Shown: positions 43,187-52,546 of the stretch, one piece after another
Position numbering within the stretch: the first letter of the stretch is position 1
Layout: each line of letters begins with the position of its first letter
Origin: Bryobacterales bacterium
Lineage (GTDB): Bacteria; Acidobacteriota; Terriglobia; Bryobacterales; UBA6623
Length of the DNA stretch: 64,000 nt
Direction: 5' to 3'
Assembly: GCA_965248235.1 (NCBI GenBank)
Contig: CBDFIU010000004.1
Coordinates: 1,275,330-1,339,329, forward strand
Made by a program: the position numbers and the translations under genes
Notes under the pieces: generated by a model
The model's database searches: none
What the model saw: only the letters and a program-made list of their open reading frames with translations
Told to the model about the DNA's origin: nothing

Positions 43187-43897
43187 ATGAAACGCGCCGC
43201 GAAACCGAAACCTCGAGCCGCGAAACCCACCGCCGGCGTTAAGAAACCAAAGACCGCCGAAGAGCGCAAACGACGCATCAGCACCATCCTGCGGCGACTC
43301 AATCAAGACTACCCGGACGTCGAGTGCGCCCTAGGCCACGCAAGCGCTTGGGAACTGCTCGCCGCCACGATTCTTTCGGCCCAATGCACCGACAAGCGAG
43401 TCAACCAAGTGACGCCGGGGTTGTTCGAAAAATATCCGACGATCGAAGACATGGCCGCCGCCGCGCCCGGCGACATCGAGAAGGAAATCAAATCGACCGG
43501 TTTTTTTCGTAACAAGGCCAAGTCGTTGAGCGGCGCGGCCCGGAAGATCATCGCCGAGTACGGCGGCCGCGTGCCGCAAACGATGGAGCAGCTGCTGGCC
43601 CTGCCCGGCGTCGCGCGAAAGACGGCCAACGTCGTCCTCGGCACTTGGTTCGGGAAGGCGACGGGCGTGGTGGTGGATACACACGTGCAGCGCATCTCGC
43701 GGCGATTGGATTTGACTCGGCGCGACGATCCGAAAAAGATCGAGCAAGACTTGATGGCCCTGTTGCCCACGAAGCGCTGGATTCTCTTCTCGCACCAGAT
43801 CATCCACTTCGGCCGCTCCGTGTGTGTGGCGCGTAAGCCGCGATGCGTGGAATGCCGTTTGCAAAACCTTTGTTATGCCCCGGATAAGACGGTATAG
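43187..43897 (+). CDS. nth: Endonuclease III
   Basis: ATILSAQCTDKRVN, HhH LPGVARKTANVV, VVDTHV, C-x6-C-x2-C-x5-C FeS motif. Confidence 0.96.
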   Translation: MKRAAKPKPRAAKPTAGVKKPKTAEERKRRISTILRRLNQDYPDVECALGHASAWELLAATILSAQCTDKRVNQVTPGLFEKYPTIEDMAAAAPGDIEKEIKSTGFFRNKAKSLSGAARKIIAEYGGRVPQTMEQLLALPGVARKTANVVLGTWFGKATGVVVDTHVQRISRRLDLTRRDDPKKIEQDLMALLPTKRWILFSHQIIHFGRSVCVARKPRCVECRLQNLCYAPDKTV

Positions 43898-43996
43898 GCG
43901 GCGGGGGCGAAATTCGCTTTGGATTTTCAAGAGCGGAATCCGCGGGCCCGGCGCCCTCGGCGGCTCACGCTCCTCTCGATAAGGAAGTAGTTTCAA

Positions 43997-44584
43997 GTGT
44001 TGAAAGATCTGGCATCATGGCTGACCGCCTTGGGTCCGTTCGGCGTCTTCTTGATTTCGCTGCTGGACTCCGTTGCCGTGCCCATGCCGCAGGGGGTTGA
44101 CGCCCTGCTCATCGCGCAAGCCATCGCGGCCCCCGAAACAGCCTATTGGGGCGCGGCGCTGGCGGTCGTCGGATCGGCGCTGGGGTCGCTGATTCTCTTC
44201 CACACGGCGCGGCGGGCCGGCCGGGCGATGCTCGAAAAGAAGGCTTCGAAGACCGGCATCGATAAGATGCACCAACAGATCGATCAATTCGGCGCTCTGG
44301 TTTTGCTGATTCCGACGATGGTGCCCTTGCCGCTGCCGATGAAGCTTTTCGTCATTGCGGGCGGCGTATTCCAAATGAAGGTCGGGCAATTCGTGGCGGT
44401 AATCGTCTTCGCTCGATGCGTGCGCTATTTCGGCGAGGCTTTCGTGGCTCTTCGCTACGGCGACCAAACGGCGGACTTCCTGCAAGAAAACGCCGTGGCG
44501 GCGGTGATCGGAGCGGTTCTTCTGATCGCCGTTTTCTACGGCGTCAATCAATGGTCGACTCGGCGGGTGAGCGAAGGTTCGTAG
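43997..44584 (+). CDS. DedA/YqaA (VTT domain) membrane protein
   Basis: LLDS..P.P...D.LL, GS.LGS, PLP.K.FV...G, RY..EA. Confidence 0.8.
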   Translation: MLKDLASWLTALGPFGVFLISLLDSVAVPMPQGVDALLIAQAIAAPETAYWGAALAVVGSALGSLILFHTARRAGRAMLEKKASKTGIDKMHQQIDQFGALVLLIPTMVPLPLPMKLFVIAGGVFQMKVGQFVAVIVFARCVRYFGEAFVALRYGDQTADFLQENAVAAVIGAVLLIAVFYGVNQWSTRRVSEGS

Positions 44585-44692
44585 CGGTCCGCGCGGCGAC
44601 GATCAGACGCCGCCTCCCCTTACCCTTCCCGACACACGGTGGAAATCTCCCCACCACAACGCCGACAATAAGGAACTTCGCGGGCAGGCCGG

Positions 44693-45472
44693 ATGAGCGA
44701 CGAAATTCGGATCGAATACCTCCATCTCGAACAACGCTGGCGACAGCGCTTGGATGTTCTCATCGTCCTGGCCGCCTTGGCGACGATTCCCATTGTCATC
44801 CTGCAAGAAAAAGGCGTTGACCACCCGGCGGTCATCGCGACCGATTGGTTTATTTGGGCGGCCTTCCTCGTTGAATTTCTCTTCGGACTGGTGACGGCGC
44901 GGCGACGCTTGGACTACACACGGCGTCAGTGGCTGAGCGTAGCCGTGGTCGTCCTCTCCTTCCCGCTCTTGCCTGATTTGTTGGCGTCGGTTCGGGTCGC
45001 GCGGGTCACGCGCCTGTTGCGGCTGGTACGGATGCTGGCCGTAACCGGACGAGGTCTGCGCGCCATGCGCACCTCGTTGGCCGGCCAGAGTCTTATCTAC
45101 GTGGCGGCGCTGACCGCGCTGCTGACGGTTTCAGCCGCGGCGCTGCTTACTGTCGTGGAGGGCGAAACGGCACACGCGGAATTCACCGACAGTCTGTGGT
45201 GGGCGATTGTGACGGTGACGACGGTGGGGTACGGCGACATTGCACCAACCACGCCGGTGGGACGCGTGCTCGCGGTCGTGTTGATGCTCAGCGGACTGGG
45301 TTTGCTCTCGACATTGGCGGCCTCGATCAGCGCCTATTTCGTCGGCAGCGATTCGGACAAGGAATTGTTGGAGATCAAGCACCGGCTGGAACGGATCGAG
45401 CGGCTTCTCGAAGAATCGAACAAGGCCTCGAAGACGGATCGGGCGGACCGCGAAGGCAACGGGCCGGCCTGA
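44693..45472 (+). CDS. Potassium channel with voltage-sensor-like domain
   Basis: Selectivity filter TTVGYGD, WWAIVT pore helix, S4-like RVARVTRLLRLVR. Confidence 0.9.
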   Translation: MSDEIRIEYLHLEQRWRQRLDVLIVLAALATIPIVILQEKGVDHPAVIATDWFIWAAFLVEFLFGLVTARRRLDYTRRQWLSVAVVVLSFPLLPDLLASVRVARVTRLLRLVRMLAVTGRGLRAMRTSLAGQSLIYVAALTALLTVSAAALLTVVEGETAHAEFTDSLWWAIVTVTTVGYGDIAPTTPVGRVLAVVLMLSGLGLLSTLAASISAYFVGSDSDKELLEIKHRLERIERLLEESNKASKTDRADREGNGPA

Positions 45473-45563
45473 GGCGCGCCTTGACGGGGTTCCTATCCGT
45501 CTCCAGTGAGACGCCGGATTTCCGCCATCGCGGGAGTTCCGGCCGCAGCGGTCTTCCATCAAA

Positions 45564-45580
45564 GTGACTACAATAGTTAC
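45564..45580 (+). promoter_or_regulatory. Operator-like palindrome overlapping a -10 box (leaderless TA promoter)
   Basis: GTGACTA-caa-TAGTTAC (6/7 IR) contains TACAAT 6 nt before ATG 45581. Confidence 0.55.
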
Positions 45581-45832
45581 ATGATCAAGAATTTGCGCGA
45601 AAGCAAGGCCAAGCTTTCCGAACTCGTGGATTTGGCCGCAAGTGGAGAGGATGTTCTGATCACCGTTCGGGGAAAACCAAAAGCCCGGTTGACCGGTGTG
45701 AAAAAGCTCCCCAAGGACGATCGAGCCGAGTGGATAAGAGATCTTCGAGCGCTACACAAGCGCCATGCCCCAAAAGGGCCGGTCACTCCTATCGAGGAAA
45801 TACTCGATGAGCTGCGCGAAGACTTGGTTTGA
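45581..45832 (+). CDS. Phd/YefM family antitoxin
   Basis: NLRESKAKLSELVDLAASGEDVLITVRGKPKARL. Confidence 0.9.
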   Translation: MIKNLRESKAKLSELVDLAASGEDVLITVRGKPKARLTGVKKLPKDDRAEWIRDLRALHKRHAPKGPVTPIEEILDELREDLV

Positions 45833-46278
45833 CGCCGATGACCTATTGGGACACGTCGGCGCTCTTTAAGCTGTACTTCGCGGAGCGGGATTCATCCGAG
45901 TTCTTCGATCTGCTGGCCCTACAACAAGACGCTAATATCTTCACGTCGGCGATTACCTCGAGCGAAATTCTGTGTTCCTTGCATCGCAAGGAACAATTGG
46001 GAGAATTGGATAAAGGGGAAGCGTCGGAAATCTTTGAAGTATTCAGCGAGGATGTCCAGAGCAGCCGTGTCGTCCTCATTCCGCACGGCGACAATATCAC
46101 AAAGCGGATTGAGATCTTTCTGGCGGAGGCAGCCGCGCGTTCGGCCCCGCTGATCATTCGCAGCCTCGACGCGATTCATTTGGCGACTGCGCTGCAGTTA
46201 GGCGTCGACGCTCTGGCAACAACCGACCAACGGTTGCGAAAGGCTGCCGCACTGGCCAGCCTGTCCACGCTGCCCTAA
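45829..46278 (+). CDS. PIN-domain (VapC-like) toxin
   Basis: YWDTSALFKLY, E, RSLDAIHLATA, TTDQRL. Confidence 0.9.
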   Translation: MTPMTYWDTSALFKLYFAERDSSEFFDLLALQQDANIFTSAITSSEILCSLHRKEQLGELDKGEASEIFEVFSEDVQSSRVVLIPHGDNITKRIEIFLAEAAARSAPLIIRSLDAIHLATALQLGVDALATTDQRLRKAAALASLSTLP

Positions 46279-47708
46279 CCCTTGCCGCTTTCCCCCTCCG
46301 GCTCGCTTTCCCAAGCCCGCCGTCCCAGCAGTGCCACCGAGGCCGCGAAGCCGACCACCAGACCCACAAAAGTCGAGAAATACATAATCACCATGCCGAT
46401 CAACACGATCAGCCCGCGCTCGATGCGGTCACGCGGCATGGCGAGCGCGACGTAAGCGCACGCAAACCCGGTCAAAATCAGCGTCAACGAAAACGCAACG
46501 TCGAGCACCGGGCGAAACAGCTCCAGCAAGGGCCGGATGAAATAGAAAATCGGCAGACCAAAGAGCAAATAGCTGAAAATACCGCTGAAGATCGAGTCCA
46601 TCTCCTTTCGGCCGCGCCGGTAACGCTCGGCCACAACAACGGTTGCACCCGTCCACAAGGGGCCTTGAAGAGGAAAGAACGGCCCGGCCAGGACGGCCAT
46701 CAGCAGATTGCGGCAGCCGATCGTGAGATGCGTGCGGCGCTCATCGACGGGGACGTGTTCGTCGGGGCGCTCGCGGGCCGCGTCGCCGACAATCGCCGTA
46801 CCGGTGATGATGTCGCCGAATCCGACGACGTATGCCGCCACGGCCAACGGCAGAGCGGCGGCGAAAAATTCCAAGCTCGGCAAGCCCTGGGAGAGCGTAC
46901 TGAAACCGCCAAGGAGCGTCCCAAACTCGGGGAGAAAGAAGATGTCGCCGGGATTGAAGATCCACTGTCCGGTCTCGGCGTCGACGAAATACGACTGGAA
47001 GCCCCGATAACTCACCTCGCCGACCCAGGGGCCGACGACCATCGCCGCGAAAAAGCCGGGCGCAATGCCGAGCGCGCCGAGAAAGGCGACACCGCGGTAA
47101 CGCTTCTTCCAACGTTCGAGGGGTTCGGAAAACAGCAGCAGCAGCGAGACGCAGACCGCGAGCAGAATGCAAACCGGCAGAGCTTCGATCCGCGAGGGAC
47201 GAGCGCCCGAACGAGGAATGAACTCCCCGTAGACGGCGCTCATGCCGGCGCCGAGAATGATCCCCGCCTTGAGCGTCCTTGGCACCGCTCGCAGAAACCA
47301 GTTGCTCAAACCCGAGACGCCCATCAGCAGAAAAGTCGCCGCCACCAGCAACACGACCGCCGTGACAAACGCCGTGCGTTCGGGGACGGTCTCGTACTCC
47401 ATCGCCTGGCGGAGAACCAGTGGCAGGGCGGGCGTCAACCAGCCCGCGCAATAGGGGTCACCGAAAACGATCGGTCCCGCGCAAACGACCATCGACGAGA
47501 CGATGCACATGGCCACGGCGGTTTCGAAGCTCATCCCCCACCACTCCATATAGAGCGGCACGATCGAGAGCCCCGTGGCCCCGGCCACCAGCAAGCCCTG
47601 AATCAGTTCGGGAATTTCAACGCCGACGTGGACGAAAGGAACGCGCAGGGTGAAAGGCCCCCATTGAATACCGGGATGGACAGCGCCGTGCGAGCGAAGG
47701 GGGACCAT
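46275..47708 (-). CDS. Xanthine/uracil/vitamin C permease-like membrane transporter
   Basis: About 12 TMs; GWLTPALPL, LKAGIILGAG, AYVVGFGDI, RN, GPLW. Confidence 0.6.
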   Translation of the reverse strand: MVPLRSHGAVHPGIQWGPFTLRVPFVHVGVEIPELIQGLLVAGATGLSIVPLYMEWWGMSFETAVAMCIVSSMVVCAGPIVFGDPYCAGWLTPALPLVLRQAMEYETVPERTAFVTAVVLLVAATFLLMGVSGLSNWFLRAVPRTLKAGIILGAGMSAVYGEFIPRSGARPSRIEALPVCILLAVCVSLLLLFSEPLERWKKRYRGVAFLGALGIAPGFFAAMVVGPWVGEVSYRGFQSYFVDAETGQWIFNPGDIFFLPEFGTLLGGFSTLSQGLPSLEFFAAALPLAVAAYVVGFGDIITGTAIVGDAARERPDEHVPVDERRTHLTIGCRNLLMAVLAGPFFPLQGPLWTGATVVVAERYRRGRKEMDSIFSGIFSYLLFGLPIFYFIRPLLELFRPVLDVAFSLTLILTGFACAYVALAMPRDRIERGLIVLIGMVIMYFSTFVGLVVGFAASVALLGRRAWESEPEGESGKG

Positions 47709-47936
47709 GGTTCAACGGGCGCGAGCCGGGGAGACGGCATCGTAGCACAGTTGATATTGGGTAGGTTCACGAGATGAATCTTTTCAACCGGGGTCGGGCG
47801 CGACGAGCTGTGAGCCACCGCTGCGAATTCGAATGCTGCGGGCCCCTTAGCCCGATGCCGTGTAGTCGCTCCAAATCGGATGCCCGCCGGATGACGGGTC
47901 CTGACGCGCAGGAGCCCCCAAGAATTTCGGCTCGGT

Positions 47937-48026
47937 TTATGACAGCAAGGTGTATGCGACACCGTAGACAAAGAGCCACAGCGGTCCGCCGCCGGCCAGG
48001 ATCAGGAAAAAATGTTCAACGGTCAT
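47937..48026 (-). CDS. Putative 29-aa single-TM small protein
   Basis: MTVEHFFLILAGGGPLWLFVYGVAYTLLS*, purine-rich GAGGG upstream; below the ORF-track cutoff. Confidence 0.4.
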   Translation of the reverse strand: MTVEHFFLILAGGGPLWLFVYGVAYTLLS

Positions 48027-48156
48027 TTTCTTGTGCCCTCTGCTGACTCCTTCGGCACTTAGACGGAGCAGTTACCGATAACTCTGTAAACTCTGTGAGG
48101 AGGCTTACATGACCGGCCTCGGGTCGGTGACTAATAAGACAACCGCGATGAGCTGC

Positions 48157-48867
48157 TCAGTCGCGCATCCTGAGGTTGCACTTGTCTTCGCCGTCGCGAA
48201 TTGTCAGGACGAGCCCCTTCAGTTTTTTCAATTTGCCTTTGTAAGCGAAATAGACGTACCCGCCCGAGGGGTGATCGGCGGGATCGGCTGAAAGGGCGTG
48301 GATGGACAGAATTCTGTCGGGCCGTTCGTCGGCGTGGGGAGGGTTGGGCGCAACGCGGGGTTCGGCGGGCGCTCTCGGCAAAGGCGGGCCGTCGCGACGT
48401 GGGTCGTCGGGGAAGCGCGGAAAGCGCGGAGGCCCGCCGATTGTCACGCCTTCAAACCCGCCCGTGCGCTGATTCGGGCGTCCGACGGACACCGTCGTTC
48501 CGCGGTTCCCTTGGCTGTACTCGGGGCGCAGCAAGGAGGCAACAACGTATTGCGCGTGAACAGGAAGCAGCGGCAGATCCGCTTTCTTCCAATTGAGTTG
48601 GAAATCGCTCGACCCGAGAGCAATCGCTTTTCCGCGCTCGGGAAAGACGCCGATCTCGAAAATAAGCATACCGGGAATGAACCGGATTCCCTGAGGTGTC
48701 GGCAGGCTGCGACGCAGGTAGTCGGCGCCGATCGCTCCGTCTTGGACCCGACAGGCCGATAGGTAATCCTTGACCGAAGCTCTCGGTTCGAGTTGCGCGC
48801 GGGCCGCGACTCCGCTCGCGAGAAAGGCGAGAACACAGACGCCGATGCGTGTCGTTTCTTTCATCAC
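48157..48867 (-). CDS. Hypothetical exported protein
   Basis: Signal peptide (AARA|Q), Pro-rich insert, GGYVYFAYKGK C-terminus. Confidence 0.6.
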   Translation of the reverse strand: MMKETTRIGVCVLAFLASGVAARAQLEPRASVKDYLSACRVQDGAIGADYLRRSLPTPQGIRFIPGMLIFEIGVFPERGKAIALGSSDFQLNWKKADLPLLPVHAQYVVASLLRPEYSQGNRGTTVSVGRPNQRTGGFEGVTIGGPPRFPRFPDDPRRDGPPLPRAPAEPRVAPNPPHADERPDRILSIHALSADPADHPSGGYVYFAYKGKLKKLKGLVLTIRDGEDKCNLRMRD

Positions 48868-48912
48868 GGTCCCGCGGTGGAGGTCGGGCTTCCGTGCAAC
48901 GTTGGAACCATC

Positions 48913-51426
48913 TTACCGCCGCCACTTCACTCGAAAATGATAGCGATCGTCTCCTCGCTTGGGGTCGGAAATTTCGATGACGGCGAGGTAGTGATTACCT
49001 TCCCAGGGTCTTTCGAGCAAAACGACCTTGCCTCGGCCGTCCTTCTTCTCGACACCCATATCGCGAACCCTCGATGCCGGCACGGGCTGCGAGAACGAAA
49101 AGCTCTCGACACCAATCGGGCGGCCGGCGGTGTTTTCCGCCATCACGCGATCGGCCCGGATGCGCAACCGCACGGTGCCGTCGACGCGGCCGCGAAATTC
49201 GAACAGGCCTTCGTTGCGGTCGTCGTAGCTCGACGGATCGTTGTTGTCGGAAAAGATTTCGGTGCCGGGCACAGCGGGCGTGGAAGCGGCCGTTCCCGCG
49301 GAAGGGGAAGCCGGTGCCGGGGCAGGCGCCGCGGGCTGTGGGGAGGTTGCCGGAGGCGCGGGCTCCAGCCGAGCCCCGCGGCGCACCGCCTCCATGTGTT
49401 TCGCCAAGATCGTGCTGCCGCGCGAAGCGGCCCGCGGGTCGTCGGGGAGAGTGGGCGCTTCAGCCGCCGGTTGTCGCGTCGGCTCGGACGGCGCCAACTC
49501 GCCTCGTTCCCAACTCAGCCGAGCATGATAACGGTCTTCCCCGCCCTTCGGATCGGAAATCCGTAACTTCGCGGTATAGCCATTTTCCGGCGTGGGCGGC
49601 TCGACCAGGGTGATCTTGCCACGCCCGTCCTTTTTCTCGAGTTTGAACTGTCGAAACGCCGCCCTCGGCAGAGGCTGCGTGAATTCGGAGCCGTCGTTAC
49701 GCGGCGGCCCGCCGTTCAAGGCGCGATAACCGACACTGGCCGCTCGGACGAAGACATCCAGCTCGCCGTCGACGTGCAGGCGCAAGTCGAACTGACCTTT
49801 CCTCGAACCTTCGTCATATCCGCCGGCACGCGTCGGTTGAAAACTCGTCAGGCCGGAAAAGCTGTCCGCTCCGGCCCCGCCGGACGCGGTGGTGTCCGCC
49901 ACCCGGGTCCGCGCGGGCGTGGCCGCGGTCAGCGGCGTCGAAACCGGGTCGGTCGCGGCCGGCTCGGCGATTCCCAAATACGGGTTGTAGGTGTAGTCCA
50001 GCGAAAAGCGCCCGGGAAAGCGCAAATTCCTTGATGCCGCGTACGCCGGATCCAGTCCCCACTGGCCGGTGGCGAGCACCTTGCGTTTGCGAGTGCGGGT
50101 GTCGTGCCATCCCCAGAACGGTTTAGCTTTGTTGGAACCGTGCTTACGGCCAAGAAAAGCCCCGGCGATTTCGGCAAGCCGCGGACGGGGCCGACCGCCT
50201 TGGGGTGCGTAGGCGTAATAGGCGTCGAAAGCCCGACCTTGTTTCGACGGGCCATGCGCGCGCAGCCACCAATGCTCATAGATAGGCAGTAGCTCATAGC
50301 CCACGTTGCGATCGTCCGGGTGCCGAGGCCGCTCGGCCTTGCCCTTGAAAACGTAGGTCACGCCGGTGCCCTCGGAAAATTCGTCATCCCGAACCGAGTA
50401 GCGCGAGTGACCGCCGTCGGTGCCGTAAACGCCGTGTCCGCCGGATTCGATAAACACCACCGGGTGCGCGCCGTCGCTGAACTCGACTTTGCCGTCAAGG
50501 CGGTGGACACCCTTTTTGACCGCGCGGTCGTTGCGGTAGGAATAGATATTGTTGTGCGCCAGCGTCTCCATGGTTTGGAGTCGGCCGAACTCCGAGCCAT
50601 CGCGCTCGACGGTCAAGATCATACCCTCGTTGTCGTTTTCGTGACACGTGCCGGCGACGCACTTGTCGGAGTAATCACGCGGGTGGAAGAAGTTGTAGAT
50701 CAGAAACCAATGCGTGGAGGTCTCCATCGCGGCGTAGTACACATAGCCCTGCGAGGAGCCGACTTCAGCGCGATCCCAATTGTTGTCTCCCCGCCAGTCG
50801 CCATCGAGGTCAAATCGCGCGAGATAGTCGCTTTTCGGCTGGAACCAAGTTTCCCCGGCCACCTTGGGCGCGTAGTGTTCAGCCAAGTGTCGGTACCTGT
50901 CACGAGAAGGAGATTCGGCCGGAAAAGTTGTGCGCTCGTCCGGCTTGCGGCTCGCGGCATTCTCGGCCACTTCGATTTCGATCGAAGCGGTCTTGCCGTC
51001 GAGAGTCGTTTCGACCTGAAAGCGCCCGGAATTCTCGCCGGCGGTAAACAGCACAGCGTCCTGGAGCGTAAATTGACCGGTCGCCCGACTCAGTAAGACC
51101 GCCCCCAGACCTTGGCCGCGTTCCTGATAGAAATCCTCATCCTCACGACCTTGGAAGCGAAAGAGTTTTGACAGCCAACCGGCGTCTTTGTCTCTTAATT
51201 CGAAGCCTCCGGCATTTCGCTGCAGGCGCACCCGTTTCGGCTCGCTGTCGGGGGCCTCGGCGACTTCGCCGTATGCCCGCATTTGAATAACCAGAGACTC
51301 ATGGGGCCGCACCCGCGCCTCGGCGAGATCGGTGTAGATCTGGATTTCGGTGACGGGTATTTGGGCCAAAAGAGCCGCCGGCATCAGCAAGGAAAGCAAT
51401 AGCAACAAACGCGGAGTTCCAGGCAT
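48913..51426 (-). CDS. Large secreted protein: central NPP1/NLP-like domain and two copies of an approx. 85-aa beta domain
   Basis: Signal peptide; YVYY...LIYNFFHPRD...HENDNEG; repeats VDG...F.QP.P...KKDGRGK..L.E.P...N.Y.A...ISDPK.G.DRY...W. Confidence 0.65.
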   Translation of the reverse strand: MPGTPRLLLLLSLLMPAALLAQIPVTEIQIYTDLAEARVRPHESLVIQMRAYGEVAEAPDSEPKRVRLQRNAGGFELRDKDAGWLSKLFRFQGREDEDFYQERGQGLGAVLLSRATGQFTLQDAVLFTAGENSGRFQVETTLDGKTASIEIEVAENAASRKPDERTTFPAESPSRDRYRHLAEHYAPKVAGETWFQPKSDYLARFDLDGDWRGDNNWDRAEVGSSQGYVYYAAMETSTHWFLIYNFFHPRDYSDKCVAGTCHENDNEGMILTVERDGSEFGRLQTMETLAHNNIYSYRNDRAVKKGVHRLDGKVEFSDGAHPVVFIESGGHGVYGTDGGHSRYSVRDDEFSEGTGVTYVFKGKAERPRHPDDRNVGYELLPIYEHWWLRAHGPSKQGRAFDAYYAYAPQGGRPRPRLAEIAGAFLGRKHGSNKAKPFWGWHDTRTRKRKVLATGQWGLDPAYAASRNLRFPGRFSLDYTYNPYLGIAEPAATDPVSTPLTAATPARTRVADTTASGGAGADSFSGLTSFQPTRAGGYDEGSRKGQFDLRLHVDGELDVFVRAASVGYRALNGGPPRNDGSEFTQPLPRAAFRQFKLEKKDGRGKITLVEPPTPENGYTAKLRISDPKGGEDRYHARLSWERGELAPSEPTRQPAAEAPTLPDDPRAASRGSTILAKHMEAVRRGARLEPAPPATSPQPAAPAPAPASPSAGTAASTPAVPGTEIFSDNNDPSSYDDRNEGLFEFRGRVDGTVRLRIRADRVMAENTAGRPIGVESFSFSQPVPASRVRDMGVEKKDGRGKVVLLERPWEGNHYLAVIEISDPKRGDDRYHFRVKWRR

Positions 51427-51641
51427 CGGTCACCTCTATCCATTGACCCGAGCGAGCGGCCCTCGGTTACTTCAATTTGAGCATAGCGTGAGTGGCGACG
51501 AAGGGAGGAGAAACCGCTGAATACGCCCCACGCGGCCGGGGATCATACGTGTACTCGCGGGATGCCGCGAGCCGCGGTGTTTCGATCGGCAGACGGCGCC
51601 TAACCGACCGGCGGCGCGTAACCACCGCGCTCCGAGTCGCG

Positions 51642-52325
51642 CTACTCCAATTCCTTCACCGCGATGTTCCGAAAGCGGTGGTAGCTCTCTTCCCCGGCCC
51701 AGCGCGAGCCCGAATGCACCTGGACGGCGATCATGCCGTCCTCGGCCCCGCCGGCGGCGTGATTGGCGGTGTCTTGGAAAACGGTCACCTGCTTCCCATT
51801 GAGCCAGACGGTGATGCGCGGAGGATTCCCCGTGATCCGCGCACGCAGCGCGTTCCAGTCGTCCTTGCGCCAGACCTCTTGCCAGCCTTCCGAGGGCGTC
51901 CTGTTCACACCTTCCAACCGTTCCCCGTAAATGCCGCCGACATTCTCACCTTCCAGATAATCGATCATCACCTGGTAAGCCTGACCGGCTCCGTTCGAAC
52001 GCAGAAACAGTCCCCCGTCGCAGCCCCAATCGGGCTTGATTTCCAGATAGACTTCGAAGTCTTTGTAGCGCTTATCGCTGAGCAACACCCCGCCGTTGCC
52101 CTGGGGGCTCTGGCGTCCCGTGAGCACGTCGTCAAGTACACGCCATTCACGTGTATTGCCCTGATGGGTGGTCATACTGATGTGCCAACCGGCGATGTTC
52201 TGATGATTAAAAATTGACGTGAACCCAGGCGGAATCGATCCGATCTCGTGCTGCTGGGATGGGGCCGTGCCGAGGGCCGCGACCAGCCCGACGACGAAAC
52301 CCGCAATGACCGCAATTCGGCGCAT
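51642..52325 (-). CDS. DUF1080 (3-keto-disaccharide hydrolase) family protein
   Basis: IFN...GW, L.SDKRYKDFE, DGGLFLR, YQV, DDWN, G.IAVQVH, FRNIAVKEL. Confidence 0.88.
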   Translation of the reverse strand: MRRIAVIAGFVVGLVAALGTAPSQQHEIGSIPPGFTSIFNHQNIAGWHISMTTHQGNTREWRVLDDVLTGRQSPQGNGGVLLSDKRYKDFEVYLEIKPDWGCDGGLFLRSNGAGQAYQVMIDYLEGENVGGIYGERLEGVNRTPSEGWQEVWRKDDWNALRARITGNPPRITVWLNGKQVTVFQDTANHAAGGAEDGMIAVQVHSGSRWAGEESYHRFRNIAVKELE

Positions 52326-52546
52326 GAAAATCCCTCTCTCGATGCCTAGCCTAACACGACATCCCGGTCTGTTATTGAAACGCGCTGAATGCCCCACCGC
52401 CGGCGGAATCCATCAAACCCGCCCGAATGCGACCGATAAGTACATTAGTCTCTCCTCCAACCGGGTGCGCTGTCACGGCAATGGGTAAAACCGGGCCGGG
52501 CAGCGCGCCCACCCCTTGACCCGAGGAGACGCAAAGACCGCAACGA

